In this document: positions 1 through 13,975 of the stretch, one piece after another
Layout: every line of letters begins with the position of its first letter
Position numbering within the stretch: the first letter of the stretch is position 1
Made by a program: the position numbers and the translations under genes
Origin: Deinococcota bacterium
GTDB taxonomy: Bacteria; Deinococcota; Deinococci; Deinococcales; Thermaceae
Reading direction: 5' to 3'
DNA: 64,000 nt
Assembly: GCA_041695225.1 (NCBI GenBank)
Contig: JBGFRI010000025.1
Coordinates: 1-64,000, forward strand
The notes under the pieces: generated by a model
What the model saw: the letters and a program-made list of their open reading frames with translations, nothing else
The model's database searches: none
What the model was told of the DNA's origin: nothing

Positions 1-1
1 C

Positions 2-85
2 CCCATGATGCCCCGTGAGCTTGCCGAGGTGCTGGTTCAGTCCTCCAACGAGATCGAAGCAGTAATTGCCAGGGTAGGCCGCTAG
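2..85 (+). CDS. 3' end of a CDS running in from the left (PMMPRELAEVLVQSSNEIEAVIARVGR*), product unknown
   Basis: Open frame from window start to TAG at 83-85, directly followed by a terminator hairpin. Confidence 0.55.
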   Translation, partial: PMMPRELAEVLVQSSNEIEAVIARVGR

Positions 86-95
86 CCAGTGTCGC

Positions 96-128
96 AAAAC
101 CTCCCCGCCACACTGGCGGGGGTTTTTT
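96..128. terminator. Intrinsic terminator, probably bidirectional
   Basis: AAAAC-CTCCCCGCCA-cac-TGGCGGGGG-TTTTTT hairpin between convergent genes. Confidence 0.8.
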
Positions 129-205
129 GCATAGGCAGCGGCAGGTTGAAATGAAACCCGAGGACGAGAGAGCCGCGATGCCCTGGAGATCAAGCGCAAG
201 GCTCA

Positions 206-967
206 TCAGCCCAGCCGCTGCTTGGTGCCAGGCGAGAATGCATCTGCCTCAAGTCCTGGCGAAACCTGCTGTTCGGGTGTGAGATAAAGACTGGCAAACT
301 CCGGTGATGGAAGACCCCAGCCTTGGTCAGAGCATCCGAGCAACCGCAGGCGCTCGGCAAATGCTGCCCTGAGTCGAGCAGCCAGGGGGGCGGTGAGAAC
401 CCAGCGAAGCCTGGCGGCGTCCGGGGCTTTCTGGTACCAGAGATTAAAGACCTCTGCCAGGGTAGGGTGGTGAGCGGGGGCGGGTATTTTTTCGATTGAC
501 TGATTGGCCTGGATCTGCCCGCCTTCAATCACCCGGGCATAAAACCCCGGCCGCTGGGCTCGCTGGAACTTCTTGACGAAGCCGGGGTCGTTCATGCGGG
601 CAGCCAGGGTCGAGCAAGGAATGCGGGGAGCGCTGACCTCGAGCAGCACAGTGTTCAACCGAAAACGGTCACCAATGCGCACTGGCTGGGGGCCAAAGCT
701 CGAGAATGTTAGGTTCTCACCAAAAGTGCCGGGCTGGAGCGCCTCGCCCAGCTGTTCCATCCACCAGTCATAGTCCTCGAGGCTGTAAGCATATACCGCC
801 TGATCAGGGCCGCCGTGGTGCTCCTGGTCTTCTATATGGTCTTTGCACAACCCCCGGGCCTCAACCAGCGCAGACTCAACCGGGGTTTTGAAGATGCCGG
901 TGGTATTGGAGCGGCCGCCAATTTGCAGAGACTGGGGCTGACCCAGGTTGATGGAAAGCAGGCGCAT
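206..967 (-). CDS. MOSC domain protein (YiiM-like)
   Basis: TGIFK, HHGGPDQAVYAY, GTFGENLT, PRIPC and RPGFYARVIEGG motifs. Confidence 0.85.
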   Translation of the reverse strand: MRLLSINLGQPQSLQIGGRSNTTGIFKTPVESALVEARGLCKDHIEDQEHHGGPDQAVYAYSLEDYDWWMEQLGEALQPGTFGENLTFSSFGPQPVRIGDRFRLNTVLLEVSAPRIPCSTLAARMNDPGFVKKFQRAQRPGFYARVIEGGQIQANQSIEKIPAPAHHPTLAEVFNLWYQKAPDAARLRWVLTAPLAARLRAAFAERLRLLGCSDQGWGLPSPEFASLYLTPEQQVSPGLEADAFSPGTKQRLG

Positions 968-985
968 ACAACAAGCTCCCTATGC

Positions 986-1381
986 TCAGGCACGGATACG
1001 CCGCAGAATAACCCTGGCCAACAGACGCCAGACCAGCAGTAAGGCCAAGGTCGCACCCAGCACTACGGCCCAGAAGATCAGGTAACTAAGGTCAAAACTT
1101 CTCTCCAGTATTAAAAACCGTAGCCAGACTCCAACGCTCACGGCAATTGCCCAGGTATAGAGCAGGTTTTTCCAGGTGGGCCTGGTGTAGGTACGCAGGA
1201 AGGGGGTTATCATCCACCAGACCAGCAATATGGGCAGGGCGTTGCGCAGAATACCGCCCAGGGTTATGTGCTCGCCATGGGCTTGCAGGCCGATAATGGC
1301 GAACAAAATGATGCACAGGTAATCGCCCAGGGCCAGTATCCGGCCCATCGGGTAGTTTTTGCGGGCTAAAGTCTGCGCCAT
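986..1381 (-). CDS. Small membrane protein (DUF3054-like)
   Basis: Four hydrophobic segments; GD...FAIIG..AH pattern. Confidence 0.65.
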   Translation of the reverse strand: MAQTLARKNYPMGRILALGDYLCIILFAIIGLQAHGEHITLGGILRNALPILLVWWMITPFLRTYTRPTWKNLLYTWAIAVSVGVWLRFLILERSFDLSYLIFWAVVLGATLALLLVWRLLARVILRRIRA

Positions 1382-1398
1382 GTCGAAAGGGTGGCCAG

Positions 1399-3080
<1,682 letters not shown>

Positions 3081-3199
3081 CTAAAGCATACTGCTGCGGT
3101 CCGACCCGTACCGTAATGAAGTCACACAAGCTGGAGGATGCGACCAACCGGCCCCCTCATACCTTGGTACGGGACGTAAAAAGCTTTGCCTAGGCCAGC

Positions 3200-3380
3200 C
3201 CTAGACCTGTGACATTCTATTAGCCGATAGCTAATAGCTGATAGCCTAAAGCCGAAAGCTAAAAGCCTTGTTAGGCCTTCAGCCTTTATTTGACCTGCGA
3301 CCTGAGACCTGCTACTTGCGACATTCCATTAGCCGATAGCTGATCACTTTTGACCTGAGACCTGCGACTTGAGACCTACC
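3200..3380. repeat. Degenerate heptamer tandem repeats (TAGCYGA-type and GACCTGM-type)
   Basis: tagccga tagctaa tagctga tagccta aagccga aagctaa; gacctgc gacctga gacctgc tacttgc. Confidence 0.8.
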
Positions 3381-3421
3381 TGATGGGCCTGCATCGGTTA
3401 GACAACAGAGTTACCTAACCA

Positions 3422-4360
3422 CTAGCGTATCTGTAAGGCCCGGAAGGCTTCTTCGTATTCAAACTGGCTCAGGTTGCGGCCAATCACCACCAGGCGCGAG
3501 GGGGCCTGGGCAGGCTCTTTGCTCTGCTCGAGGCTAAAAATCTCCCGCACCGACTGGTAGAGAACCTGCTGCTCAAAGCCCTTCACGCTTAGAAAACCCT
3601 TGGCCCGGAAGACCGCATCGGGCCTCGAGATCAGATACCGGTCAATAAACTCATTGACCTTCTGGCGCTCCAAAAGGCGGTCGGTGGTAAGGGTAAAGGT
3701 CTGTAAATTGGGCATGTGCAGGTGCTGGTGACCCTGGGGCTTCCAGTCCAAATCGAAGGCCCGCAGCCCCAGCAGTTTATCGGGGTTTACCCTGGCATGA
3801 GCGGTCTGGTAGATCTTGGCCAGGGGATTGATCTGCAGGATAAGGCCCTGGGCCTCGGCGACCTGTTCGGGTGTGGCCAGATCGGTCTTGTTGAGCACCA
3901 CCGTGCTGGCATAGGCCAGCTGAACCGCACCTTCCGGCCCATCCCGCAGGGTTTGCTCGAGGTTGCGGGCATCGGCTACCCCGATGATGCCGTCTAGTTC
4001 AAACCTGGTGCGGGCAAAGGGGTCCATCACGGTCTGGGCTACCGGTACAGGGTCGGCCAGGCCCGACAGCTCAATCAAAATGTGCTCGGGCTTATCCTTG
4101 CGGGAGATGATTTTGAACAGAGCCGAGACCAGATCCTCGCGCCCCACACAGCACAAACAGCCATTGGATAGCTCGGCGATACCGTCGGTATCCACATTCT
4201 CAATCAGCGAACCATCAATTCCGGTCTCGCCAAACTCGTTGACAATTACCCCAAACTTGCGACCCCCAGCACTGACCAGGTAATTAACCAGAGTCGTCTT
4301 ACCTGCCCCCAAAAAACCGCCAATCACACTGACCGGGATGCGCTTTTGCAACTGAGCCAT
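3422..4360 (-). CDS. CobW/COG0523-family metallochaperone GTPase
   Basis: GFLGAGKTT, VNEFG, GCLCC and NKTD motifs; short His-rich linker; CobW C-terminal FRAKG. Confidence 0.92.
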   Translation of the reverse strand: MAQLQKRIPVSVIGGFLGAGKTTLVNYLVSAGGRKFGVIVNEFGETGIDGSLIENVDTDGIAELSNGCLCCVGREDLVSALFKIISRKDKPEHILIELSGLADPVPVAQTVMDPFARTRFELDGIIGVADARNLEQTLRDGPEGAVQLAYASTVVLNKTDLATPEQVAEAQGLILQINPLAKIYQTAHARVNPDKLLGLRAFDLDWKPQGHQHLHMPNLQTFTLTTDRLLERQKVNEFIDRYLISRPDAVFRAKGFLSVKGFEQQVLYQSVREIFSLEQSKEPAQAPSRLVVIGRNLSQFEYEEAFRALQIR

Positions 4361-4695
4361 AGGCTCTACAATACTTCAGGGAGTACCGTTTGAAGCGACA
4401 AGCTTTACATTTGGCTCCAGTAGCAAGCATGAAATGATCAGGTGTGCTCGAGTAGGATTGCCTTATAGGCAGGACAGTAGCATGACCGAAGATGAAATGG
4501 CCTACTCCATGAAGATCGAACAGTACTTGGGTTATCTTTACCATCCTGACCCATTTTGCCCCCGATCTACACAGCAGGTTTGGCAGCAGGATTGGAGGCG
4601 GCCCTGATTGGCAAAAGACCGGGTGAGTACACTGTCAGTCTCCGCCCGAGAGTGACTATGGAGTAGACCATATGACAGGTATACGATAAGACCAT

Positions 4696-5658
4696 ATGAC
4701 ACGGGTTTTGGTCACAGGTGCTTTGGGGCAGGTGGGTTCGGAGCTGGTTCCGGCCCTGCGTTTATGTTTTGGCACGGACCGGGTTTTGGCTACCGACCTA
4801 CGAACTTCTACTCCGGACCACCCATCGCTGGCAGGCCCCTTCGAGCTGCTCGACTGTACCGATGCGGTAGCCCTGAGGGCATTGCTCCGACGCTACCGCA
4901 TCGACACTATCTACCACCTCGCCGCCATTCTCTCGGCCAGGGCCGAAGCCCAGCCCGACCTGGCCTGGCAGGTCAACATGCAAGGGCTGTACCACGTTCT
5001 GGAAGTGGCCCGACAGGCAGGCTGTCAGGTTTTTGTTCCCAGCTCGATTGCGGCATTTGGCCCCAGCACGCCCCAGGACCCCACCCCACAGGACACCATT
5101 CAGCGTCCCAATACTCTCTACGGTGTGACCAAGGTAGCGGGTGAGTTGCTGTGTGACTACTACGCCCAGCGTTTTGGCCTGGACGTACGGGGCTTACGCT
5201 ACCCTGGTCTGATTTCCTACTCTGCCCCCCCGGGCGGGGGAACCACCGACTACGCGGTGGAAATTTTTCATCAGGCCCTGAGCCGGGGGCAGTATACCAG
5301 CTTCCTGGGGCCGGACGCCCGACTGCCCATGATGTACATGCCCGATGCAGTACGGGCTAGCCTCGAGCTCATGCAGGCCGACCCACGAAAACTACGTCAC
5401 CGCAATGCTTTCAACGTTGGGGCTTTTAGCTGCACCCCAGCCGAACTGGCTGCCGAGATCCGGAAGCACATACCGGAATTCACCATACACTACGCCATAG
5501 ACCCGGTTCGTCAGGCTATAGCCGAGTCCTGGCCGCACCGCCTGGATGATACTGCCGCACGGGAAGAGTGGGGCTGGCGGCCGCAGTTTGACCTGGCCGG
5601 GATGACCGCGGATATGCTGGAAAAACTCAGCCGGCGTACCATGCAGAAGGAGGCTTGA
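4696..5658 (+). CDS. tdh: L-threonine 3-dehydrogenase (SDR/epimerase type)
   Basis: GALGQVG, HLAAILSA, YGVTK, PGGGTTDYA and MMYMPD motifs; adjacent to kbl. Confidence 0.88.
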   Translation: MTRVLVTGALGQVGSELVPALRLCFGTDRVLATDLRTSTPDHPSLAGPFELLDCTDAVALRALLRRYRIDTIYHLAAILSARAEAQPDLAWQVNMQGLYHVLEVARQAGCQVFVPSSIAAFGPSTPQDPTPQDTIQRPNTLYGVTKVAGELLCDYYAQRFGLDVRGLRYPGLISYSAPPGGGTTDYAVEIFHQALSRGQYTSFLGPDARLPMMYMPDAVRASLELMQADPRKLRHRNAFNVGAFSCTPAELAAEIRKHIPEFTIHYAIDPVRQAIAESWPHRLDDTAAREEWGWRPQFDLAGMTADMLEKLSRRTMQKEA

Positions 5659-5659
5659 G

Positions 5660-6892
5660 ATGCCCTTGAGTCGTCTAACCTCGGTCTTACGTCACGGTGT
5701 AGAAACCCTAAAACAAGAAGGCCGCTACAAGGGTCATGAAGCGGTAGTGGTTGGAGTACTGCCACCAGAGGGTACCCGAGGTCCGCGCTATCTACTGGAA
5801 GGCTTCGGGGACAAGCCCTTTATTCGCATGAACTCCAACAGCTACCTGGGGCTTTCGAAGCATGCCGCCCTCAAGAAGGCCGAAGAAGCGGCCATAGAAC
5901 GTTTTGGGGTGGGGCCCGGGGCGGTTCGTTTCATCAGCGGCACCTATGCCACCCATATTGAGCTGGAGCGAAAGCTGGCAGCCTTCCATAACCGTGAAGC
6001 CGCCATGATCTTCTCCTCCGCCTACGCTACCGTGCTAAGCGTGGTGGTGCCCCTGACCACCAAGAAAACCGTACTGATCAGCGACGAGCTCAACCACAAC
6101 TGCATTATCAATGCCGTGCGTCTGGCGCGGCCTCTGGAGAAAGGAGTTTACCCGCACCTCGATCTGCACGCTCTGGAGCAGGCCCTGAAAAAAGCTGCCC
6201 AGATGGGGGCCTGGCGGGCCGTGGTTCTGACCGATGGGGTGTTTAGTATGCGCGGCTCCCACGCACCCCTGGCAGAAATCTCGCAGATGGTGCAGCAATT
6301 CGATGCCCAGTTTGCCGAAAATGCAATTCTCATAGTAGACGACTCGCACGGGGTGGGCGCTTTTGGGCCCATGGGCCGAGGCACCGAAGAATACACCTTC
6401 GCCCAGGCCGACATTTTGATCGGAACCCTGGGCAAGGCCTTTGGTGTAAACGGTGGTTATCTGGTGGGCTCAGGGGATCTGATCGCCTATTTGCGCGAAA
6501 CCTCGCCCATGTACATCTACTCCAACCCCATTACTCCTGGCGAGGCTGCCGCCGCAACAGCCTCGTTGGAACTACTGGATAGCCCGGAGGGCCGGCAACG
6601 CCTCCAGCACCTCAGCCAGATGACCCAGCGCTTTCGCCAGGGGCTGCTATCCCTGGGATACGAGTCGTTTCCAGGCGCTCACCCGGTAGCACCCCTGGTT
6701 TTGCGGGATGGAGCTCTGGCCAATCGCCTGGTAGACTTTTTGCGGGAGCGTGGGGTTCTGACCACTGCAATTGTGTATCCTGTAGTCCCTAAAGGCCAGG
6801 ACTCCATCCGCTTCCAGGTCTCGGCCGAACATACCCTGGCCGATGTGGATGAAACACTGGGAATTCTGCGCGAATTTAGGCAGCACATGTGA
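5660..6892 (+). CDS. kbl: 2-amino-3-ketobutyrate CoA ligase (glycine C-acetyltransferase), PLP class II aminotransferase fold
   Basis: SNSYLGL, AVRFISGT, SDELNH, DDSHG, GTLGKA motifs; operon with tdh. Confidence 0.82.
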   Translation: MPLSRLTSVLRHGVETLKQEGRYKGHEAVVVGVLPPEGTRGPRYLLEGFGDKPFIRMNSNSYLGLSKHAALKKAEEAAIERFGVGPGAVRFISGTYATHIELERKLAAFHNREAAMIFSSAYATVLSVVVPLTTKKTVLISDELNHNCIINAVRLARPLEKGVYPHLDLHALEQALKKAAQMGAWRAVVLTDGVFSMRGSHAPLAEISQMVQQFDAQFAENAILIVDDSHGVGAFGPMGRGTEEYTFAQADILIGTLGKAFGVNGGYLVGSGDLIAYLRETSPMYIYSNPITPGEAAAATASLELLDSPEGRQRLQHLSQMTQRFRQGLLSLGYESFPGAHPVAPLVLRDGALANRLVDFLRERGVLTTAIVYPVVPKGQDSIRFQVSAEHTLADVDETLGILREFRQHM

Positions 6893-6900
6893 CACAATGC

Positions 6901-6926
6901 GTAAACGGACTAGGTAAACGGACTAG
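6901..6926. repeat. 13-bp tandem duplication GTAAACGGACTAG x2
   Basis: Read directly from the sequence. Confidence 0.85.
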
Positions 6927-7180
6927 ATGAAGGCTAGCTTGGAGCAGGGACGGTGTTTGATCTAGGTACAAAAAGATAGCATGCCACCGCATAACACCAG
7001 TGGCTTATCGCTAATAAAGCACACCCTTTGCTAGGTATGGTGAAAAAGAATCTCTTTCTCTCGGGCCAATTCAGCTCATTTTCTAACACTCGGAATCTGT
7101 TTTTAGCACGACTAGACTAGCCAGAAAATTCCGCAAAATACAGATGAGCGATACGTTGTTGGTTCTGATAGCCTATTATC

Positions 7181-7741
7181 ATGGCAACAACTATGGATCG
7201 CGTGGCCGTATTTATTGATGGAAGCAATCTCTATAAGGGTCTGGTTTCGACGCTTGGAACTGACTACCGGCTGGATTTTATCAATTTCGTTACGGCCCTC
7301 GCGGCAGGGCGTTCGCTGTTGCGGGCCTACTACTACAATGCGCCCTTGCCCAACGAAGACCCGGCTGCCAAGGCCCACCAGAGCTTTCTCAACTACCTTA
7401 AGCGCGTACCCTACGTGATGGTGCGCTTGGGGCGGTTAGAGCGACGGGGAGAGGGTTTTGTAGAAAAAGGGGTGGACATCCAGATCGCCATAGATATGCT
7501 CAAGCTGGCCTACGCCGATGCCTATGACGTTGCGGTACTGGTTTCGGGCGACGGCGACTTCGCCGAGGTGCTTAAGGTCATTCAAGACATGGGCAAACAA
7601 GCCGAGAACACTACCTTCCAGGTACTATCGTCGTACCGGCTGGCCCAACAAGCCGATAAATACTACCCGCTCGACGGCCTTCCCTGGGACCGGCTGCGGG
7701 CCAAGAGCTTTGAACCGGAAGTATTTCCGTTTCAGGATTAG
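7181..7741 (+). CDS. NYN domain (LabA/DUF88, PIN-like) protein
   Basis: FIDGSN, EKGVDI and LVSGDGDF motifs. Confidence 0.92.
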   Translation: MATTMDRVAVFIDGSNLYKGLVSTLGTDYRLDFINFVTALAAGRSLLRAYYYNAPLPNEDPAAKAHQSFLNYLKRVPYVMVRLGRLERRGEGFVEKGVDIQIAIDMLKLAYADAYDVAVLVSGDGDFAEVLKVIQDMGKQAENTTFQVLSSYRLAQQADKYYPLDGLPWDRLRAKSFEPEVFPFQD

Positions 7742-7743
7742 CA

Positions 7744-7950
7744 CGATTGCAGGGGCCCCCAGGGCCGACGAAGCAGTCCAGGAGAGGGTTGTCAAGCCCA
7801 TCTGCTGCACACCCCCCTCGTCCTTATCAGGAGCCACAGGCCGACCAAACAGTCCAGGGGTACAGACGCAACTTGACTGAAGGAGTGATCTGGATTGCTT
7901 CGGGTCCAGAACCTGCCCCGAGACAGTCTAGGGGAGCGCTCGCAATAACG
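7744..7950 (-). repeat. Diverged copy of the palindromic repeat element at 19739-19981
   Basis: Colinear reverse-strand similarity (gggccgacgaagcagtccaggag, acgcaacttgac, gtgatctggattgcttcg, ctcgcaataacg). Confidence 0.8.
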
Positions 7951-8119
7951 ACATAATCCGTTCCTGTTAAGCTTTTGTTGAGCACACCTGGTGTTGATCT
8001 GGTTTGATTTTCTAGTTGGCTGTAGTTTTGTACAATGCGTGCTACCAGGTTTATGCCTTGACACTTTTTAGGCCTTGCCAGCTGATGGGGTTCATTGGCA
8101 GGAGCGCCAGAATAACGTG

Positions 8120-9881
<1,762 letters not shown>

Positions 9882-9903
<22 letters not shown>

Positions 9904-10643
9904 TCCAGAAAAGCAACACTGCGACGGGCAATTTCCTCCCAGCCGGCCTCCGGAGGAATGGTGGCGGGGTTGTCGGAGCGCTGGGAGCCGTAAGCTCCAA
10001 AACCGGCGTGGTTCAGGCCCGCAATGGTCTGGATAATGCTGCCTGCGGGAAATCTGGTAAGGCTGACCTCGAGCTCTTCCCGGTTTAGCACCCCGTCTTT
10101 CTCGCCAAACAGGGCCAGAGTAGGTAGGTTTTTGGCTGAGAGGTCGTGCTGGGGGTAGGCGGCCCATAGCAGCAGGGCCCGTACCTGGGGCCTGCCCTGA
10201 GTCTGGTCTGGGCTGGCCGCGAAGTTAGCGGCCACCACCCCGCCCAGGCTGTGCCCTCCTACCGCCCAGGGCAGCTCGGGTGCTTCGGCAATGGGCAGCC
10301 GGGCCCTATCGGGCTGGGTGATGGCCAGGTTCAGGTGCACCCGCAGTAAGGCTACGCGGTAGCCAGCCTCGGCAATGCGGCGCAGCACCGGCGCATAGGC
10401 CGGAGGCTCTACTAACCCTCCCGGATAAAATACCAGACCTCCCCTAACCTGGCTCTGGGGTAAAAATAACCAGCCGTACTCGGTGGCCTGAACCTGCAAG
10501 GTTGGGCTGGGCTTTAGTGCCATCAGGGCCTGGCTGGTGGGCTGGTGGGGAGTAAGCGCACGCTGGGTGTACCAGACTATGGCCACGGCAAAAAACAGGA
10601 TGCCGCCAAAAAAAACCAGCCAGAAAACGCGGTGTTTGCTCAT
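9882..10643 (-). CDS. Membrane-anchored alpha/beta hydrolase
   Basis: N-terminal TM helix; FYPGG, GHSLG nucleophile elbow, GLNHAGFG. Confidence 0.88.
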
Positions 10644-10648
10644 GCCGT

Positions 10649-13600
10649 CTAGTCTCCAATTGCCGGGGCAGCGCCCTGCAAATTTTGCTCCCGCATTTTC
10701 TGGTAGCGCCTGCCTTCAAACCGGTAAAAAGCCGCCGGAACTACAAACAAGGTCAAGAGCATCGAGACCGACACCCCACCCAGGATGATGATACCCAGGG
10801 GGCGCCGGAACTCTGACCCCTCTCCGGTAGCGGCAATTAGCGGGACGGCAATCATCAGCACGGTCAGGGTGGTCATCAGAATGGGGCGAAGCCGCAGCCG
10901 GCCTGCTTCTACCAGGGCTTCGTATAGCGGCCTGGTCTGGGCCTCACGCACCGCAAAGTCTAACAGCAAGATGGCATTTTTGGTTACCAGCCCGATCAGA
11001 ATTACCACGCCCAGCACCGAGACCACGTCCAGACCACTCCGGAAGAAGAACAAAAACCAGAATGCCCCAACCAGCGCCAGTGGGACAGGCAGCAGCAGGT
11101 AGAGCGGGTAGCGCCAGGTGTTGAACTGGCTGGCAATCACCAGAAAGTTGAGCACCAAGGCAAGTCCAAATGCAATAGGCGCACTGCTGGCCAGCTCGCC
11201 CACAAATGCTGTAGCCCCCTGGGTCTCAAAGCGCACACCATCGGTAAAAACGCCGGCCTCGGCCAGTTGTTGCTCAACCTGATTGGACAACTGGAGCACT
11301 CCGGTAGTTGAGTCTGGGGCGCGGTTGGCATTTATTCCTGCCGAGAAAGCCTGGTTGGTGCGGGCCAGCTGAGCAGGGGACTGCCGGTTCTCAAATTCTC
11401 CCAGCGAGCCGACCGGTAGGGAGGCGCGTAGTGCCGGAGCGGCTACTGGCAAGGATGCAAGACTGGCCTGGTCGGGGACAAAGCGGGGGTCGGCCTTTAC
11501 TACTATGGGAATATCCTGCCCACCGGTACGAAGGTTGCCAGCCTCAACCCCAGCGTTGTAAATACGCAAGGTCTGGGCCAGGTCGTTTGGAGTGAGCCCA
11601 GTGCCCTGAAGTCTGGCCAGGCTGGGCACCAGTACTCTTTCGCTGGCGGTCTCTTCCAGGCTGCTGCTGACATCTATCAGCTCGGGCATACCCCGCATTA
11701 CCTGCATGACCAGTTGGTTCTTTTCCCGCAGCAGTTCGGGGGTAGGTGCGGACAGCACAAACTGCAGGTCGGCAGCGCCGCCTGGCCCACCCTCGGGCAC
11801 ACTAATTCGCAGCTCGGCCTCAGGACGGTCGGCCAGCAGGCCCTGCAGGGCCTCGCGGTATATGGGAAGCAGGTCGTAGACATTCTCCCGCTCTCGCCGG
11901 GGAACAAGTTCTACCACAATGCGGGCCCGCTCGGGGTTGCCTGCACCCAGCACATTTTGCGAGCCGCCCACAATATTGAAAACCGCCTCTACCTCGGGTC
12001 GCTGGGCAAGCCAGTTTTCCAGGCGGCGGCTAAGCGCGTCGGTCTGCGAGATTGCAGTGCCTTTAGGCAGGGACAGGTCGAGGTTAATCTGCCCGTTGTC
12101 GCTCTGGGCAGTAAAGTTAAAGGGAATTTGCGGGGCCACAATGCCAATACTGAGAAAGAAGCCCACTGCGGCCAGCAGAACCAGCCCACTGCGTCTGAGA
12201 GCTGCGGCCAGGCTTCGGGCGTAGACCTCACGCAAAGCCACAAAAATGCCCTCGGAGGTATGGTGCAGGCTACCAGTCAGTGCACCCGCCAGCCCGATGA
12301 TAATGGAGGCCAGCCAGCGTAATGGAAAGAGCAGCAGGGTGAGGGGGGTGATTAGCAAATTGAAAATACGCTTGCCCAGGCCCAGTCCAGGCTGCTGGTA
12401 GACGTGAAGGCGCAGCCCCCAACGCAGATCCTGGCCTATTCCGGCCACTCTTTGGGCTAGCTGTTTCCAGGTGGGTGGCTCGGGGTCGGGGAAGTAGGCC
12501 AGGCGAACGGTCAGGAAGAACAGGGCCTCGAGCCAGCTAACCGCAATGGCCGCGGCCAGTACAATGCCGAACTGGCGGAAAAACTCCCCCACAATGCCCG
12601 GCAGAAAGCTGATGGGCAAAAAGACTGCCAGAAGCGACAGAGTGGCTGCGGTCACCGCCGAGAGCACCTCGGTGGAGCCCTTGATTACGGCTTCTTTGGC
12701 GGGGTAACCCATCCTGCGGTAGCGCTCGATATTCTCGGCCAGCACAATGGAATCGTCTACAACAATTCCCACGGCCACAATAATGGCCAGGAGGCTTATC
12801 ACGTTGAAAGTGAAGCCCAGCAGGCCAAAAACAATCAGGGCCCCGGCCATGGTGATAGGAATTGCCACAACCACACTGAAGACCGAGTTCAGCTTGCCTA
12901 AGAAGATCATGGTAATGATAGAGACAATCAGGGCTACCAGCAGCACCTCGTGGAAGGTGTTGTTGACCGTGTTTTCAATGAAGGTGGTGGTGTCGCCGAC
13001 AATTTGGGCCTGGAATCCCGCCGGTAGGGTGGCGTTTTCCAGCGCAACCTTTACCCCCTGGGCCACAGCTACTGCGTTGGAGTCGGGGGTTTTGCGAATG
13101 GCCATGGGAATTACCGGCTGACCGTCCAGACGGGTCAGACGGGTCTGGGTGGCCTGGCTATCCCGCACCAGGCCCAGGTCGCGCAGCTCGAGGCCCCTGG
13201 CAGGGTCTATCAGAATGCTCCCGACCTCCTCGGGAGTGGAAGGGGTGTTGCGCAGGGTAAAGAGCAGGCGCTGTCCCTCGGTGGTCTGGGTGCCTGCCGG
13301 GACCGCCAGGGCCGAGGCCTGGATGGCCCCCACAACCTGCTGGGGAGTCAGGTTGTAGGCCGCCAGCCGGTGCGGATCCAGCAAGACCTGCACCTGGCGT
13401 TCAGGAGCACCCTGGATCTGCACGTCGGCTACCCCTGAGACCAGTTGCAGCTGCGGCCTCAGGACATCCTCGGCAAAGTCGGCGGCGTCGCGCAGGTCGG
13501 CCCCGCCGGCCGAAAGGGCTATGAACAAAATGGGTGCAGCAGCCGGGTCAAACCGCTGCACCACCGGGGCCTGGGCCTCGCTGGGGAGCTGCCCCCTGAC

Positions 13601-13975
13601 CGCTGCTACCCTCTGGGCCACATCGGTAGCGACCCGGTTGAGGTCCTCGCCAAACTCGAAGGAGACGATTACCTGGGAGAAGCCTTCGCTGGAGATAGAG
13701 GCAATCTGGTCTATACCCGAGAGGGTTGATACCGCGTCTTCTATACGGCGGCTTATCTGGGTTTCGATCTCTTCGGGGCCAGCCCCAGGGTAGGCCGTAC
13801 TGACCGCCACCACCGGAACATCGAAGCGCGGCAGCAGATCGACCCCAACCCGGCTGCCCGCAATCAGACCAAACAGCACCAGGGCCAGAAAAATTGCCGT
13901 GGAAAAGACAAAGCGCTGTACGAAGAACTTGATGATGGGGTTTTCGGGGCGCGGGGGCAGGCTGGAACTTTCCAT
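10649..13975 (-). CDS. RND efflux transporter permease (AcrB/HAE1 family)
   Basis: VGIVVDDSIV, KNAILL and RLRPILMTT motifs; 1108 aa. Confidence 0.95.
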   Translation of the reverse strand: MESSSLPPRPENPIIKFFVQRFVFSTAIFLALVLFGLIAGSRVGVDLLPRFDVPVVAVSTAYPGAGPEEIETQISRRIEDAVSTLSGIDQIASISSEGFSQVIVSFEFGEDLNRVATDVAQRVAAVRGQLPSEAQAPVVQRFDPAAAPILFIALSAGGADLRDAADFAEDVLRPQLQLVSGVADVQIQGAPERQVQVLLDPHRLAAYNLTPQQVVGAIQASALAVPAGTQTTEGQRLLFTLRNTPSTPEEVGSILIDPARGLELRDLGLVRDSQATQTRLTRLDGQPVIPMAIRKTPDSNAVAVAQGVKVALENATLPAGFQAQIVGDTTTFIENTVNNTFHEVLLVALIVSIITMIFLGKLNSVFSVVVAIPITMAGALIVFGLLGFTFNVISLLAIIVAVGIVVDDSIVLAENIERYRRMGYPAKEAVIKGSTEVLSAVTAATLSLLAVFLPISFLPGIVGEFFRQFGIVLAAAIAVSWLEALFFLTVRLAYFPDPEPPTWKQLAQRVAGIGQDLRWGLRLHVYQQPGLGLGKRIFNLLITPLTLLLFPLRWLASIIIGLAGALTGSLHHTSEGIFVALREVYARSLAAALRRSGLVLLAAVGFFLSIGIVAPQIPFNFTAQSDNGQINLDLSLPKGTAISQTDALSRRLENWLAQRPEVEAVFNIVGGSQNVLGAGNPERARIVVELVPRRERENVYDLLPIYREALQGLLADRPEAELRISVPEGGPGGAADLQFVLSAPTPELLREKNQLVMQVMRGMPELIDVSSSLEETASERVLVPSLARLQGTGLTPNDLAQTLRIYNAGVEAGNLRTGGQDIPIVVKADPRFVPDQASLASLPVAAPALRASLPVGSLGEFENRQSPAQLARTNQAFSAGINANRAPDSTTGVLQLSNQVEQQLAEAGVFTDGVRFETQGATAFVGELASSAPIAFGLALVLNFLVIASQFNTWRYPLYLLLPVPLALVGAFWFLFFFRSGLDVVSVLGVVILIGLVTKNAILLLDFAVREAQTRPLYEALVEAGRLRLRPILMTTLTVLMIAVPLIAATGEGSEFRRPLGIIILGGVSVSMLLTLFVVPAAFYRFEGRRYQKMREQNLQGAAPAIGD

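Noticed and set aside
4482..4607. 41-codon ORF (MTEDEMAYSMK...) between the CobW gene and tdh
   Set aside because: No recognisable motif and no Thr-rich leader character; cannot be supported without homology data.
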